Shown: positions 37,673 through 46,536, counted from the stretch's first letter. The stretch: DNA of 64,000 nt from a virus (IMGVR_UViG_3300036876_000145:19489-83488); one strand, 5' to 3'. The notes: generated by a model not told the origin, from the letters alone. Translations and numbers: made by a program.

Positions 37673-37748
37673 TCCTGCGTAGCTCAGGGGCAGAGCGAAC
37701 GGCTGTTAACCGTTTGGTCGGTGGTTCGAATCCATCCGCAGGAGCCAA
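37673..37748 (+). tRNA. tRNA-Asn (GTT)
   Basis: Acceptor tcctgcg/cgcagga, D-arm gctcaggggcagagc, anticodon loop ctGTTaa, T-arm ggtggttcgaatccatc, CCA encoded. Confidence 0.8.
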
Positions 37749-37822
37749 ATTTGGGTCAGGAGGTCGGCGGTCTCGTACCCGATCTTCCCGTATACTGTAC
37801 GCCTTCGGGCTACAGGCAGATG

Positions 37823-37860
37823 ACGGGTGTAGCTCAGTAGTAGAGCACCTGATCTAATTT
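37823..37860 (+). ncRNA. 5' tRNA-like half (acceptor, D-arm and anticodon stem, loop containing CTA) with no matching 3' half
   Basis: acgggtg-ta-gctcagtagtagagc-a-cctga-tctaatt; followed by a hairpin ttgagcgag...ctcgctcaa instead of a 3' stem. Confidence 0.25.
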
Positions 37861-37952
37861 ACTTTGAGCGAGTTACGTGGAAGGCAACTTTGTTCATGGA
37901 GGGCAACGACCAAAGCGACTCGCTCAATAAGTTTTGAAGTTTGAAGTCATGA

Positions 37953-38030
37953 TACACGTAGCTCAATTGGTAGAGCAGCGCCATTAACGGCGCTGATGTG
38001 GGTTCGATCCCCACCGTGAGGAAGGCTTCT
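37953..38030 (+). tRNA. tRNA-like gene with a non-canonical anticodon loop (attaac) and a poorly paired acceptor end
   Basis: D-arm tagctcaattggtagagc, anticodon hairpin gcgcc-attaac-ggcgc, T-arm gtgggttcgatccccac. Only about 4 acceptor base pairs. Confidence 0.3.
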
Positions 38031-38102
38031 TGGGAGAAGATAGACACTTGATCAGTGGACCGTTTCGTGAAATCCTTCAATCCCACCGGTTTTAGAAAGT
38101 TT

Positions 38103-38178
38103 GCGTTGGTAGCTCAATTGGCGGAGCACTCGACTCTTAATCGATAGGCTGTGGGATCGTTGCCCACCCAGCGCACCA
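38103..38178 (+). tRNA. tRNA-Lys (CTT)
   Basis: Acceptor gcgttgg/ccagcgc, D-arm gctcaattggcggagc, anticodon loop ctCTTaa, unusual T-loop atcgttg, CCA encoded. Confidence 0.6.
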
Positions 38179-38536
38179 AGATTTAGGAATTGATTATAAG
38201 CCAGTAAGCGTGTATTATTATGATTGACCCAAATCATCTCTACACTTTGCATCAGACATACACAGGAACTGATTGTGCTTTGTGCGGGAAGCCAGCGACA
38301 GAGCATCCATTAGAGTATTGGATGATTAACGGTAAACAACAAGAATTAGTTAGAATTCATATTGGGGAATGAGCTAGTAGGGTTATAGCGTTCCGCTGAA
38401 GACGGAAAGAATCCAGTTCAACTCTGGGATTCCCCACCAAATTTAAAAAGGAGAAGTAAAATGAACTACATGAATTTAAAACAGGAGGTACAAAATATGC
38501 ATACTCATTAAGATACTGCAAAGGAGCGGTAGAACT

Positions 38537-39352
38537 ATGCGCCCAGACATGGCCAAACTCCTCACTGAAGCTGAGAGGTACGGTTCAAAAAACCGATCTC
38601 AGAAGTGGGGTAAGCGGTTCAAATATAACCCTGATTCGGACTACGATGATCAACCATATCGTGCTTCGATGTCCCGACATCGGCAAGATGACTGCGGGAA
38701 AAACCTTAGCGATGTACTCAACCCATTAAAGGGTTATCTCCACAAAAGCGTGGGACGCCATTGGGATGATGTCTACAGTGAAATTTGTCAAAACCTTGAT
38801 CGTCGTAGTGTAACTGGATTACATGTATTCACTCATCTTTGGCAATTCGTAGCCAAAAATACTGTGATGTGCATTGACGGAAAGGTACGAGAATGGGCCG
38901 GTGGTGGCGGCTATTTGACTGAGCCCTATAATTATTATATCCACCCATATACCGGGATTTTGTGCGACAGTGGGTACAGCGGATGGCGCGAATGGCGGCG
39001 CAGCAATCGCACCAGGAAAGAAAAGCCCGTCACCGAGATTCGACTTTCGGACATCGGGCGTTACGAGAAGTTCGACGGCATCTGGTACTACTGCGAGAAC
39101 TACGCTATCAAGCACGAGGGCAAGACGCTGATTCGTCCGGGCTATTTCCGGGTCAATGACGCCATCAAGATCGATGGCGAAGTCAACGAGGAAGGCGAGC
39201 CCTTGGTTTTTTACTTAATCAAATGGACTGAGCACATCAGCACGAAACGCCAGCTTAACCGGAAAGAACTGAAAAAAGCAGGATTGAAAAATGACCCTCC
39301 GAATCCTAAAGCTTTCAGCAGACGGGAACGAAAGGCTTTGGAGAGAAAGTAA
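38537..39352 (+). CDS. hypothetical protein (GC-rich segment)
   Basis: 271-aa ORF; no motif recognised. Confidence 0.55.
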   Translation: MRPDMAKLLTEAERYGSKNRSQKWGKRFKYNPDSDYDDQPYRASMSRHRQDDCGKNLSDVLNPLKGYLHKSVGRHWDDVYSEICQNLDRRSVTGLHVFTHLWQFVAKNTVMCIDGKVREWAGGGGYLTEPYNYYIHPYTGILCDSGYSGWREWRRSNRTRKEKPVTEIRLSDIGRYEKFDGIWYYCENYAIKHEGKTLIRPGYFRVNDAIKIDGEVNEEGEPLVFYLIKWTEHISTKRQLNRKELKKAGLKNDPPNPKAFSRRERKALERK

Positions 39353-39421
39353 GTATTAGGGGGTATGAGCAGAATGCAAAATGTTTTAGGCTTTTAGACT
39401 CCTTAGAAAGGAAGGTAAATT

Positions 39422-39967
39422 ATGGCAGACACTTTAATTCTTGACCAAAACTGGCAACCACAGTCTTTTTGTAACTGGCAGAACGCTGTGAAATTGATAT
39501 ATGAAGGGCGTGCTCAAGTTATCAAAGAAGACGAGGGTGGGCGCATTTTACGGTCTCCTTCTCTGGAATGGAAGATGCCAAGGGTTATTGTTGTCAAAAA
39601 CGCTTGGGTTCGTAGGAAGCGTTTGTCCGTTCCTTTCTCCAGACGCAACATCGCGGTTAGGGATAATAGCGGGTGTCAGTACTGCGGTAGGGTATTGAAG
39701 ACTCAGGAATATACTCTTGACCACGTAATGCCTCGTTCTCAAGGTGGTGTATCTTCATGGACCAATTTGGTGCTCGCCTGTGTGCGCTGCAACAAGCGTA
39801 AGGCCGGTCAGACACCTAAGGAAGCTGGCATGCACTTACTTAAGCAGCCCGTGGAGCCGAAGAAGGACGATCCGAAGTACAACTTCAAGCTTCACATTAA
39901 CAAGCTACGGCCAGAATGGAAAGAGTGGGAAACCTGGCTATATTGGAATGTGGAACTAGAAGCGTAG
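39422..39967 (+). CDS. HNH endonuclease
   Basis: CQYCG...LDHVMPRSQGG...NLVLACVRCNKRK canonical HNHc motif; followed by the hairpin tgacacg...cgtgtca. Confidence 0.75.
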   Translation: MADTLILDQNWQPQSFCNWQNAVKLIYEGRAQVIKEDEGGRILRSPSLEWKMPRVIVVKNAWVRRKRLSVPFSRRNIAVRDNSGCQYCGRVLKTQEYTLDHVMPRSQGGVSSWTNLVLACVRCNKRKAGQTPKEAGMHLLKQPVEPKKDDPKYNFKLHINKLRPEWKEWETWLYWNVELEA

Positions 39968-40065
39968 AAGCTTTGACACGATCCTTTACGTGTCACATCT
40001 GGTCCCGGATGTGCTGACCCAGCTTAAAGGGTAGGGACTACCAATTTATGAACGGAAGTTGAGCC

Positions 40066-40142
40066 ATCCTCGTACCGGCCTCGTTTCCTAAACGAGTAAC
40101 CGTAAAGGAGCAATGTGGGTTCGAGTCCCACCGAGGATACCA
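40066..40142 (+). tRNA. tRNA-Arg (CCT)-like with a reduced D-arm and enlarged variable region
   Basis: Perfect acceptor atcctcg/cgaggat plus A and CCA; T-arm gtgggttcgagtcccac; anticodon hairpin ctcgt-ttCCTaa-acgag. Only 7 nt between acceptor and anticodon stem. 18-nt variable region. Confidence 0.45.
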
Positions 40143-40295
40143 GGTTTTTATGTACATCAAATGCAGCATATTCGATGTGGATTTGGATCATGTATTTGAT
40201 GAGTTTCTTTTTCAGTTGACAGATATAACACTTCCTGATACACTGGAACTTGATGATCAAAAGATAGATAATCAAGAAGATTATAAACTACGAGA

Positions 40296-40341
40296 GTATT
40301 TATTGAAGGCTACAAAATAAGCATTGAAGGTCTTGCGAAAA
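40296..40341 (+). repeat. 46-bp direct repeat copy 1
   Basis: gaaggctacaaaataagcattgaaggtcttgcgaaaaccaagctgg, identical to 63955-64000 at the window end. Confidence 0.7.
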
Positions 40342-40612
40342 CCAAGCTGGCTAAATCAATGCTGGATGTTGCATTCGGGAAATAAGAATTAAGAATTCTC
40401 GACGCCTTGGGATACATGGAGTCGTTAAACGACTGCGGACAGTGTGTAAGTCTGGCGAAAGCCAGCAGCGCTGGTTGAAACAGTTAAGGGCGGCGTTAGC
40501 CGCCTAGAATCTCCCGCCTTTAGGCGTGGGAGTATCAATATGATGGTAATTCTTAACAACACGCTCACCACGCTTCACCTCAGACCTAAACGCTAAATTT
40601 CCGCGTTCAAAA
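40342..40612 (+). ncRNA. non-coding structured region with multiple GNRA-capped hairpins
   Basis: No ORF. Hairpins agtcgtt-aa-acgact, ctggc-GAAA-gccag, gggcggc-gtta-gccgcc, ctcccgcc...ggcgtgggag. Lies between the 46-bp repeat and tRNA-Arg(TCT). Confidence 0.3.
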
Positions 40613-40686
40613 ATCTCTAAATGCCTCTATCGTCCAACTGGAAGGGCACCGGCCTTCTAAGCCGTGGATCCGGGTTCAAGTCCTGG
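40613..40686 (+). tRNA. tRNA-Arg (TCT)
   Basis: Acceptor gcctcta/tggaggt, anticodon loop ctTCTaa, T-arm ccgggttcaagtcctgg, CCA encoded. Confidence 0.65.
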
Positions 40687-40698
40687 TGGAGGTACCAA

Positions 40699-40774
40699 AA
40701 ATTTTAATGCCCCCGTAGCTCAGTTGGTAGAGCCACCGCCTTTTAAGCGGAGGGTCGCTGGATCGTTCCCGGCC
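40699..40774 (+). tRNA. tRNA-Lys (TTT)
   Basis: Acceptor gcccccg/cgggggt, D-arm gctcagttggtagagc, anticodon loop ctTTTaa, T-loop atcgttc, CCA encoded. Confidence 0.65.
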
Positions 40775-40780
40775 GGGGGT

Positions 40781-40856
40781 ACCAAACTTTGGGTGTATCG
40801 TCTAATGGCTAAGACCCCGATCTTTTAAATCGGCCGATTTCGGTTCGAGTCCGAAT
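40781..40856 (+). tRNA. tRNA-Lys (TTT), second copy with a different body
   Basis: Acceptor gggtgta/tgcaccc, anticodon stem ccgat/atcgg with loop ctTTTaa, T-arm ttcggttcgagtccgaa, CCA encoded. Confidence 0.65.
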
Positions 40857-40952
40857 GCACCCACCAAATATTCTACTTGACAAATTCCCCCTAAAACTCT
40901 TAAAGTAAAAATAGGTAACCGAAACCTCGTCAGACCAACCGGAGATGTTTTA

Positions 40953-41303
40953 ATGCCCAAATACGATTACTACAAGGTGCTCGAATCGCTCGAACAGGAA
41001 TTGCGCGTACTTCCAGCCGAGGTTCAGGCGCTCGCTTACGAGTTCAAAGAATTGATTGTCAAACACTACGCGCTGACTCCGCAGTACAAAAAGAAGTTAT
41101 CAATCCGTTTTCCGTTCAAAGCGGGCAAGAGTCGCTTTGGTGGTGACAACATCAACGTTAAGTACACCATCGAAGTATGTTCGAGAACCGAGCCCTGTCT
41201 CGATCAACCTCTTAAGATCCAGACTCTTAAGATTTATGTTAAGAGTCGCTTCGTTGAGAAGGATCAGTGGGAACCAATCAACTTGCCTTGGGATAAGGCG
41301 TGA
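40953..41303 (+). CDS. hypothetical protein
   Basis: 116-aa ORF. Confidence 0.45.
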   Translation: MPKYDYYKVLESLEQELRVLPAEVQALAYEFKELIVKHYALTPQYKKKLSIRFPFKAGKSRFGGDNINVKYTIEVCSRTEPCLDQPLKIQTLKIYVKSRFVEKDQWEPINLPWDKA

Positions 41304-41461
41304 AGTGCGGAACCACAGTATTAGTACAGCACCAAAATACGACACTATCATAGAACCTTTCCTTCCCCTGAAAATAATTATCGATAATCTATTGATTTTT
41401 TTCTCTACGTAGTGCATCATATGCAGTATTAAGAATTTGCGCAACTGCGCTACAAAGGCTA

Positions 41462-42778
41462 ATGATGAAAAAAGAAATGACCCTTTTGGGTCTAGTCGCC
41501 GCTACGTATTTTATGGTAAGCGGAGGCCCGTACGGTCTAGAAGACCTAATTGCTCAAACTGGTTACGGATGGGGAATACTCATTCTTTGCTTAGTGCCCT
41601 TCCTGTGGGCACTGCCAACCGCTATGATGGTTGGTGAACTCGCCTCTGCGATACCGAATCGCGGGGGTTTTTATATTTGGGTGCAACGTGCCCTTGGAAA
41701 ATTTTGGGGATTCCAGGAAGCTTGGCTTTCATTAGCGGCTTCCATATTTGATATGGGAATCTACCCGCTACTTTTTATTTCTTACCTGGGTGTATTGGCT
41801 CCAAGTTTCACCGCAGGGTGGCACGGCTCGCTTATAGCAACGGCTCTAATCGCTGTTTGCGTATTGTGGAACCTTCGGGGTGCCAAAGCTGTAGGAAACG
41901 GCTCTGTGGCGTTAGGAGCCCTTATGGTGAGCCCTTTTGTGATTATCACCCTAGCAGCTCTCCGACACGCCCATCTGACCCATGTTACGGGTCATCCTCA
42001 CGCCGTCAGTCTTATGGGCGGTATTATGGTCGCTATGTGGAACTTCATGGGTTGGGATAACGCCAGCACCATAGCCACAGAAGTCAAAAAACCTCAACGA
42101 ACCTACCCCATCGCCATGATGGTGACTATGCTGTTGATTGTTGGAAGCTATATTCTCCCCGTAGCAGCGTCTTGGTATCTGGGAGTACCCCTGTCTGCCT
42201 GGTCAACAGGGAGTTGGGCGACTATTGGTGAAATCATCGCGGGTTCTTGGGTACGAGACGCCATTGTACTGGGTGGAATGATCAGTGCAGCGGGGATGTT
42301 GAACTCCCTCATGATGAGCTATTCTCGTATTCCCCCAGCGCTGGCTGAAGATCATTATCTGCCTCGCATATTCACAAAAATAAATGCAGTGTCAGTTCCC
42401 ATGATAGCTTTATTTGCCTTGGCGACAGTTTGGGCAACAGCGTTCGGTTTGAATTTTGACCGTCTGGTGATGCTGGATATTTTACTTTATGGAACGAGTC
42501 TTATTCTGGAGTTTATCGCTTTAGTGGTATTGCGTTGGAAAGAACCAGATTTGCCTCGACCTTTTCGTGTGCCTGGGGGAAAATTGGGCGCTATCTTGGT
42601 AGGAGTTTGCCCAACGATACTTCTCTTCGCGGCCGGTATTTTTGGGGATCATAACGGACTATTGCTAGGCTTAGGCATGATTCTATCCGGGGTGGGTGCT
42701 TGGTGTGGAATTCATGGATTTCGTGCCGCTAAATATGAAAAAATCGCTCCCACTTTCTCAACTACCACGATCCCCTAA
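41462..42778 (+). CDS. APC-superfamily amino acid/polyamine permease
   Basis: 12-TM pattern; N-terminal GGPYGLEDLI...GELASAIPNRGGFYIWVQRALG typical of amino acid permeases. Confidence 0.85.
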   Translation: MMKKEMTLLGLVAATYFMVSGGPYGLEDLIAQTGYGWGILILCLVPFLWALPTAMMVGELASAIPNRGGFYIWVQRALGKFWGFQEAWLSLAASIFDMGIYPLLFISYLGVLAPSFTAGWHGSLIATALIAVCVLWNLRGAKAVGNGSVALGALMVSPFVIITLAALRHAHLTHVTGHPHAVSLMGGIMVAMWNFMGWDNASTIATEVKKPQRTYPIAMMVTMLLIVGSYILPVAASWYLGVPLSAWSTGSWATIGEIIAGSWVRDAIVLGGMISAAGMLNSLMMSYSRIPPALAEDHYLPRIFTKINAVSVPMIALFALATVWATAFGLNFDRLVMLDILLYGTSLILEFIALVVLRWKEPDLPRPFRVPGGKLGAILVGVCPTILLFAAGIFGDHNGLLLGLGMILSGVGAWCGIHGFRAAKYEKIAPTFSTTTIP

Positions 42779-42795
42779 TAGAGGTGTTTTTTATG

Positions 42796-43095
42796 GGATC
42801 TAATTTTTCACTCGCGGTTATTGTTAACAATCTAACCACTATTTTCGGTATTCTAGCAGGATTGCCAGTTCTAGTAATTGCATCCTGTCAAACTGCCGGA
42901 GTTGTTTTGGATCCAACTTTAACGCATGTACTTGCACTCGTTGGAGCAATCGGTTTAATTGGTCTTGGTGTTGTAGCTAAAGCATTTAATGTCCACTCTA
43001 CTGTGGCGCAGACACAAGCTTCGACAGCTGTAGTCACAAATAATCCACAAGCCCCTGAAATGGTTGCTGCGGCAAACAAACAAGCCAGTAGGTAA
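42796..43095 (+). CDS. small membrane protein
   Basis: Hydrophobic ~100 aa. Confidence 0.4.
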   Translation, partial: GSNFSLAVIVNNLTTIFGILAGLPVLVIASCQTAGVVLDPTLTHVLALVGAIGLIGLGVVAKAFNVHSTVAQTQASTAVVTNNPQAPEMVAAANKQASR

Positions 43096-43153
43096 ATAGC
43101 AACTTTTTTGCTGCTTGGGTGTTATAATAGTGTTAAAGAGTAAGGAGACAATT

Positions 43154-43531
43154 ATGCGTAAATCATTGTTTTGGCTGTTTTCAACCTTCCTATTTTTCAC
43201 TCTCCCTGTGTATGCTCAGCATTCCACTGGCGGTTCTCATGGTGGCGGTGGGACTCATGGTGGCTCACAGCATGGCGGTAATGTGCATGCAGGGGGTGCT
43301 GTACACCAAGGAGTGCAACAACGCTCTGCTCATTCTAGGATTTCCCGCGGGCATTTCCATAACGGAAGATTTGATCATGGTTACTTCGCGGGTCATTGGG
43401 GAGCTGGCAATCCCTTTTTCTGGGGTGAATGCCGTTGGTGGGGTCCACGATTCGGCATAGGTAGCTGGTTCTGGTACAATGATGCCTACCTTTGTGATTT
43501 TGGAGCCTATTCCATCCGACTGGTACGATGA
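43154..43531 (+). CDS. secreted Gly/His-rich protein
   Basis: Signal peptide MRKSLFWLFSTFLFFTLPVYA followed by GGSHGGGGTHGGSQHGG; aggag Shine-Dalgarno. Confidence 0.5.
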   Translation: MRKSLFWLFSTFLFFTLPVYAQHSTGGSHGGGGTHGGSQHGGNVHAGGAVHQGVQQRSAHSRISRGHFHNGRFDHGYFAGHWGAGNPFFWGECRWWGPRFGIGSWFWYNDAYLCDFGAYSIRLVR

Positions 43532-43683
43532 TGAAGTGTATGTAGATGAATACGATGGCGGATATGTTCTAGTAAATCCAATGTACCCCGGAGTACATTT
43601 CGGTGTTAGAGTAAGATTATAACTCTAATTTAACAAACTTTTGCGTATTTATTTGAGGGGCTATATCTTAGCCCCTTTATTTT

Positions 43684-44037
43684 ATGCTTACTGAAGAAAT
43701 TCGAGTTTTCAATTCCGATATTCAAACTTACTATTATCTTCACATTCGTAAAGATAGAGTACAGGCTTTTTATAGCCTTATAGCACAAGAACGACACCCA
43801 GCACGGGTTTCCTCCATGCCAGGGTTAAGCTGGGCTGCTATCTCTGGTTTGGATGCTATTTTTGAACGCCGACCTTTAAAATTTCCCGTCTACGATATCT
43901 TACATTGGTTTTGTGATAACGCCCTTACTTACGCCCCACAATTTGATCCTCCACTTACCCAAGCGGAAATAGAACATGCTTTAGAGCGATTCGCAACTCT
44001 ATATCCCCCTGATGTTTTAACTGAGAATAGAGTATGA
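43684..44037 (+). CDS. hypothetical protein
   Basis: 117-aa ORF. Confidence 0.4.
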   Translation: MLTEEIRVFNSDIQTYYYLHIRKDRVQAFYSLIAQERHPARVSSMPGLSWAAISGLDAIFERRPLKFPVYDILHWFCDNALTYAPQFDPPLTQAEIEHALERFATLYPPDVLTENRV

Positions 44038-44543
44038 ACTATCAAAATAAACTTCAAAAAATACAAAAAGAGTTTGTGCTGGGAATAAAAGATAAATTCA
44101 CCTGTATGACTAAATTTGAGCAAGTTTTATGGGAATACGGTCTTCTACCAAAACAAGAAGAGTTAGATAGGGAAATGTCTAATGAACATTTTTCTCGCTT
44201 GATACAAATGGCTATGGAACATACAGATACTCATTCAGATCGAGATCCTGAAAATAGTGAAGAATTGGATAATGAATACGCAGCGGCTTTTTATTCTGTA
44301 AGAGTTTGCCCAATTTGTCATATTACGCAATCCCGTCCATTAGTTGGTAGCGTGAGTGATTTAGCTCGAAAAATAACTGCATTAAACCCTCCTCGTTGTG
44401 AACGCTGCGCCATTGATTGGATGAAAAAACATCTAGAGAATTCCCCAAAAGGTGAAAATGTAGATTTGATAAAACCACTTAGCAAAGAAGAGAAAAAATT
44501 TTTTGATGAGTATGAGAAGGAAATGGAAGACTTTGAGGTTTAG
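44034..44543 (+). CDS. hypothetical zinc-binding protein
   Basis: 169 aa; CPICH...CERCA. Confidence 0.45.
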   Translation: MNYQNKLQKIQKEFVLGIKDKFTCMTKFEQVLWEYGLLPKQEELDREMSNEHFSRLIQMAMEHTDTHSDRDPENSEELDNEYAAAFYSVRVCPICHITQSRPLVGSVSDLARKITALNPPRCERCAIDWMKKHLENSPKGENVDLIKPLSKEEKKFFDEYEKEMEDFEV

Positions 44544-45232
44544 TGGTATTATTATGGTATATGAATATGAACGGCTCGACGAGCGCAATCCCGCCGCTTT
44601 GCGGTGGGTTAGCGAGTGCCTTGGTTCTCGACGTCGCAGTTATGGCGGACCCACAGAATGGTACCGTTCAACATCTCGGATTCAACCCAGCGGCAACCAA
44701 GTACAACTGGAGACGCAGGAGAGCCAACCTCAAGAGTGCAGGCAAGCGTCGTACACTGCGCCAACTGAGCCGTAAGCAATCACGACGTACAACACATGAG
44801 AATCACATCGTGTCTAAGCAAATAGTTTCCTATGCCGTAAAGCATCACCGCGCAATTGCCGTAGAAAACCTTGAGACAGTTCGTAAGCCGAACAGCAAGA
44901 TTCGGAAGTACGTCGAGAAGTCTCAATGGTCTTTCTATCAGTTGTTGTCGTTCCTCAAGTACAAAGCGGCTTTGCACGGCGTTATCATCGCGGAAGTCAA
45001 TCCTGCATACACCTCGCAGAATTGCTCTCGCTGTGGACAGCGGAACACTCCAAACGGCAAGAAGTACGTTTGCGAGCATTGCGGACACACCGACCATAGA
45101 GATGCTAACGCGGCATTCAACATCGCCAAGCGCGGTATTGAGTTCCTATCTATGGGCGGCACTCACGACTCAGAGCGCGTGAGCGGGGCTGTATTGGTGA
45201 CGCCCTATTCTGGAGGACCAGCATATGCTTAG
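44543..45232 (+). pseudogene. IS200/IS605-family TnpB (OrfB) remnant: C-terminal RuvC-II/III plus zinc finger only
   Basis: IAVENLE (RuvC-II), CSRCGQ...CEHCGHTDHRDANAAFNIAKRG (zinc finger plus RuvC-III). The N-terminal ~170 aa and the RuvC-I GIDLG Asp are absent (HLGFNP). GC-rich. Confidence 0.55.
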
Positions 45233-45305
45233 CATAATGTCACGGTTCGAAAGAATCCCAGAGTTCTACTCTGGGAGCATCAAATCGAATTTTAAGGAGA
45301 TAATT

Positions 45306-46028
45306 ATGATCAGCCCACTTCCGGAAATGCTTGAAACTTTAGGGAAAATGCTAGCACCTGGGATGACAGGAAAATTTCTTGACAGCTTTGCCGCCAATCT
45401 CTGCAAACTTCACGATGTAAAGCCAGCTTTCTTGGGGTATAAACCCCCCAATTTTAGCGGCAAAGAAGGGTTCCCCAATACAATTTGTGTCTCCATAAAT
45501 GATGAAGTAATTCATGGTATCCCATCGGATAGGAAATTTGAGGAAGGAGATGTTATAAAACTTGATATGGGAATCGAGAAAGACGGGGAGTTTGACGATG
45601 GAGCGATTACCGTACTTTGTGGTACAGTAGATGATGAAGGGCGCATACAAGGGTGCTCTGCGACCGCTAGGAAGCTTGTAGCAGCGACTAAGGAAGCTCT
45701 TGCCGCTGGGGTGCAGCAAGCCAAGGCAGGGAACACAACCCACGATATCGCCAAGGCTGTGGAGACGGTAGCTAAAAATCATGATCTTCATGTAGTTCAT
45801 GGTTATGGAGGACACGGTATTGGAAATCAACTACACATGGAACCTCATATCCCGAATGAAGAAGATGGGTCAATCGCAAAAAAATTGGAGTCCGGAACCA
45901 GGGTAGCGATCGAACCCATGCTGGCTACAAATCATGGATTTACTTATGTAGCAGCTGATGGTTGGACGGTAAAGCTTCGTAACGGAGGACTGGCCGCTCA
46001 TTTTGAGCAGACGGTAGAGATAAAATAA
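45306..46028 (+). CDS. map: methionine aminopeptidase, type I
   Basis: FLGYK...FP, metal ligands in GDVIKLDMG / DDGAITV / HGYGGHGIGNQLHMEP / IEPM; start set at MISPL after aaggag. Confidence 0.85.
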   Translation: MISPLPEMLETLGKMLAPGMTGKFLDSFAANLCKLHDVKPAFLGYKPPNFSGKEGFPNTICVSINDEVIHGIPSDRKFEEGDVIKLDMGIEKDGEFDDGAITVLCGTVDDEGRIQGCSATARKLVAATKEALAAGVQQAKAGNTTHDIAKAVETVAKNHDLHVVHGYGGHGIGNQLHMEPHIPNEEDGSIAKKLESGTRVAIEPMLATNHGFTYVAADGWTVKLRNGGLAAHFEQTVEIK

Positions 46029-46029
46029 G

Positions 46030-46242
46030 ATGCGTAGTTGTCAATTTGTGGGCTGTGAGAAGGATGCCAAGCACTGGTTTCCTCCTAGTGAGAGTAAGAG
46101 ATGGGTAAAAGGAATGTGGGTATGTTCATCTTGTTACGACAAAATAGCCAGTCATTTTAAAGAGTGTTTTAATGGTATAGGTACTGATGGTCAAATAAGT
46201 AGAGTAAGAAAATACATTAACAAATACGGACTGAGGCTTTGA
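46030..46242 (+). CDS. zinc-ribbon mini-protein
   Basis: 70 aa; CQFVGC...CSSC. Confidence 0.4.
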   Translation: MRSCQFVGCEKDAKHWFPPSESKRWVKGMWVCSSCYDKIASHFKECFNGIGTDGQISRVRKYINKYGLRL

Positions 46243-46281
46243 TGCTTACCTGCCCGCCAAGTAATAATACTGGATTTTTGG

Positions 46282-46536
46282 ATGAATAACGACGGTGAGA
46301 AGCCGCACAAGTGTGATTTCTGGGGCGAGTATTCCGTCATGGTCTGCAACGAACCAGCACCGTACAAGATGACCTACGTCGATGCTGATATCCAAGTCTG
46401 GAAAGCTGACTGGTACTGTAAGCACCATTACGAAATCATGGCGGATGTCATTATGAAAGATCGCGACAACAACTCCCGCCAACGCCGTCGAATTGACAGG
46501 ATGTTGGAGATTAACAATTGGTTTCAGCATGAATGA
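46282..46536 (+). CDS. hypothetical protein
   Basis: 84-aa ORF. Confidence 0.4.
   Translation: MNNDGEKPHKCDFWGEYSVMVCNEPAPYKMTYVDADIQVWKADWYCKHHYEIMADVIMKDRDNNSRQRRRIDRMLEINNWFQHE

Noticed and set aside
37850-37950. Group I intron inside the half-tRNA at 37823
   Set aside because: No recognisable P3/P7 core motifs or matching 3' exon half that restores an acceptor stem. Kept only as a structured-RNA observation.
39991-40044. Mini tRNA-like 3' fragment (gtccc...gggac plus TACCA)
   Set aside because: Only a single stem-loop with a CCA-like tail. Too short, with no T-loop consensus. Could be a terminator-like hairpin after the HNH gene.
40342-40686. tmRNA candidate (tRNA-like 3' end plus upstream structured region)
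   Set aside because: The 3' element is a complete conventional tRNA-Arg(TCT) with its own D-arm and anticodon. No tag-peptide reading frame ending ALAA-like and no 5' acceptor-strand partner upstream.
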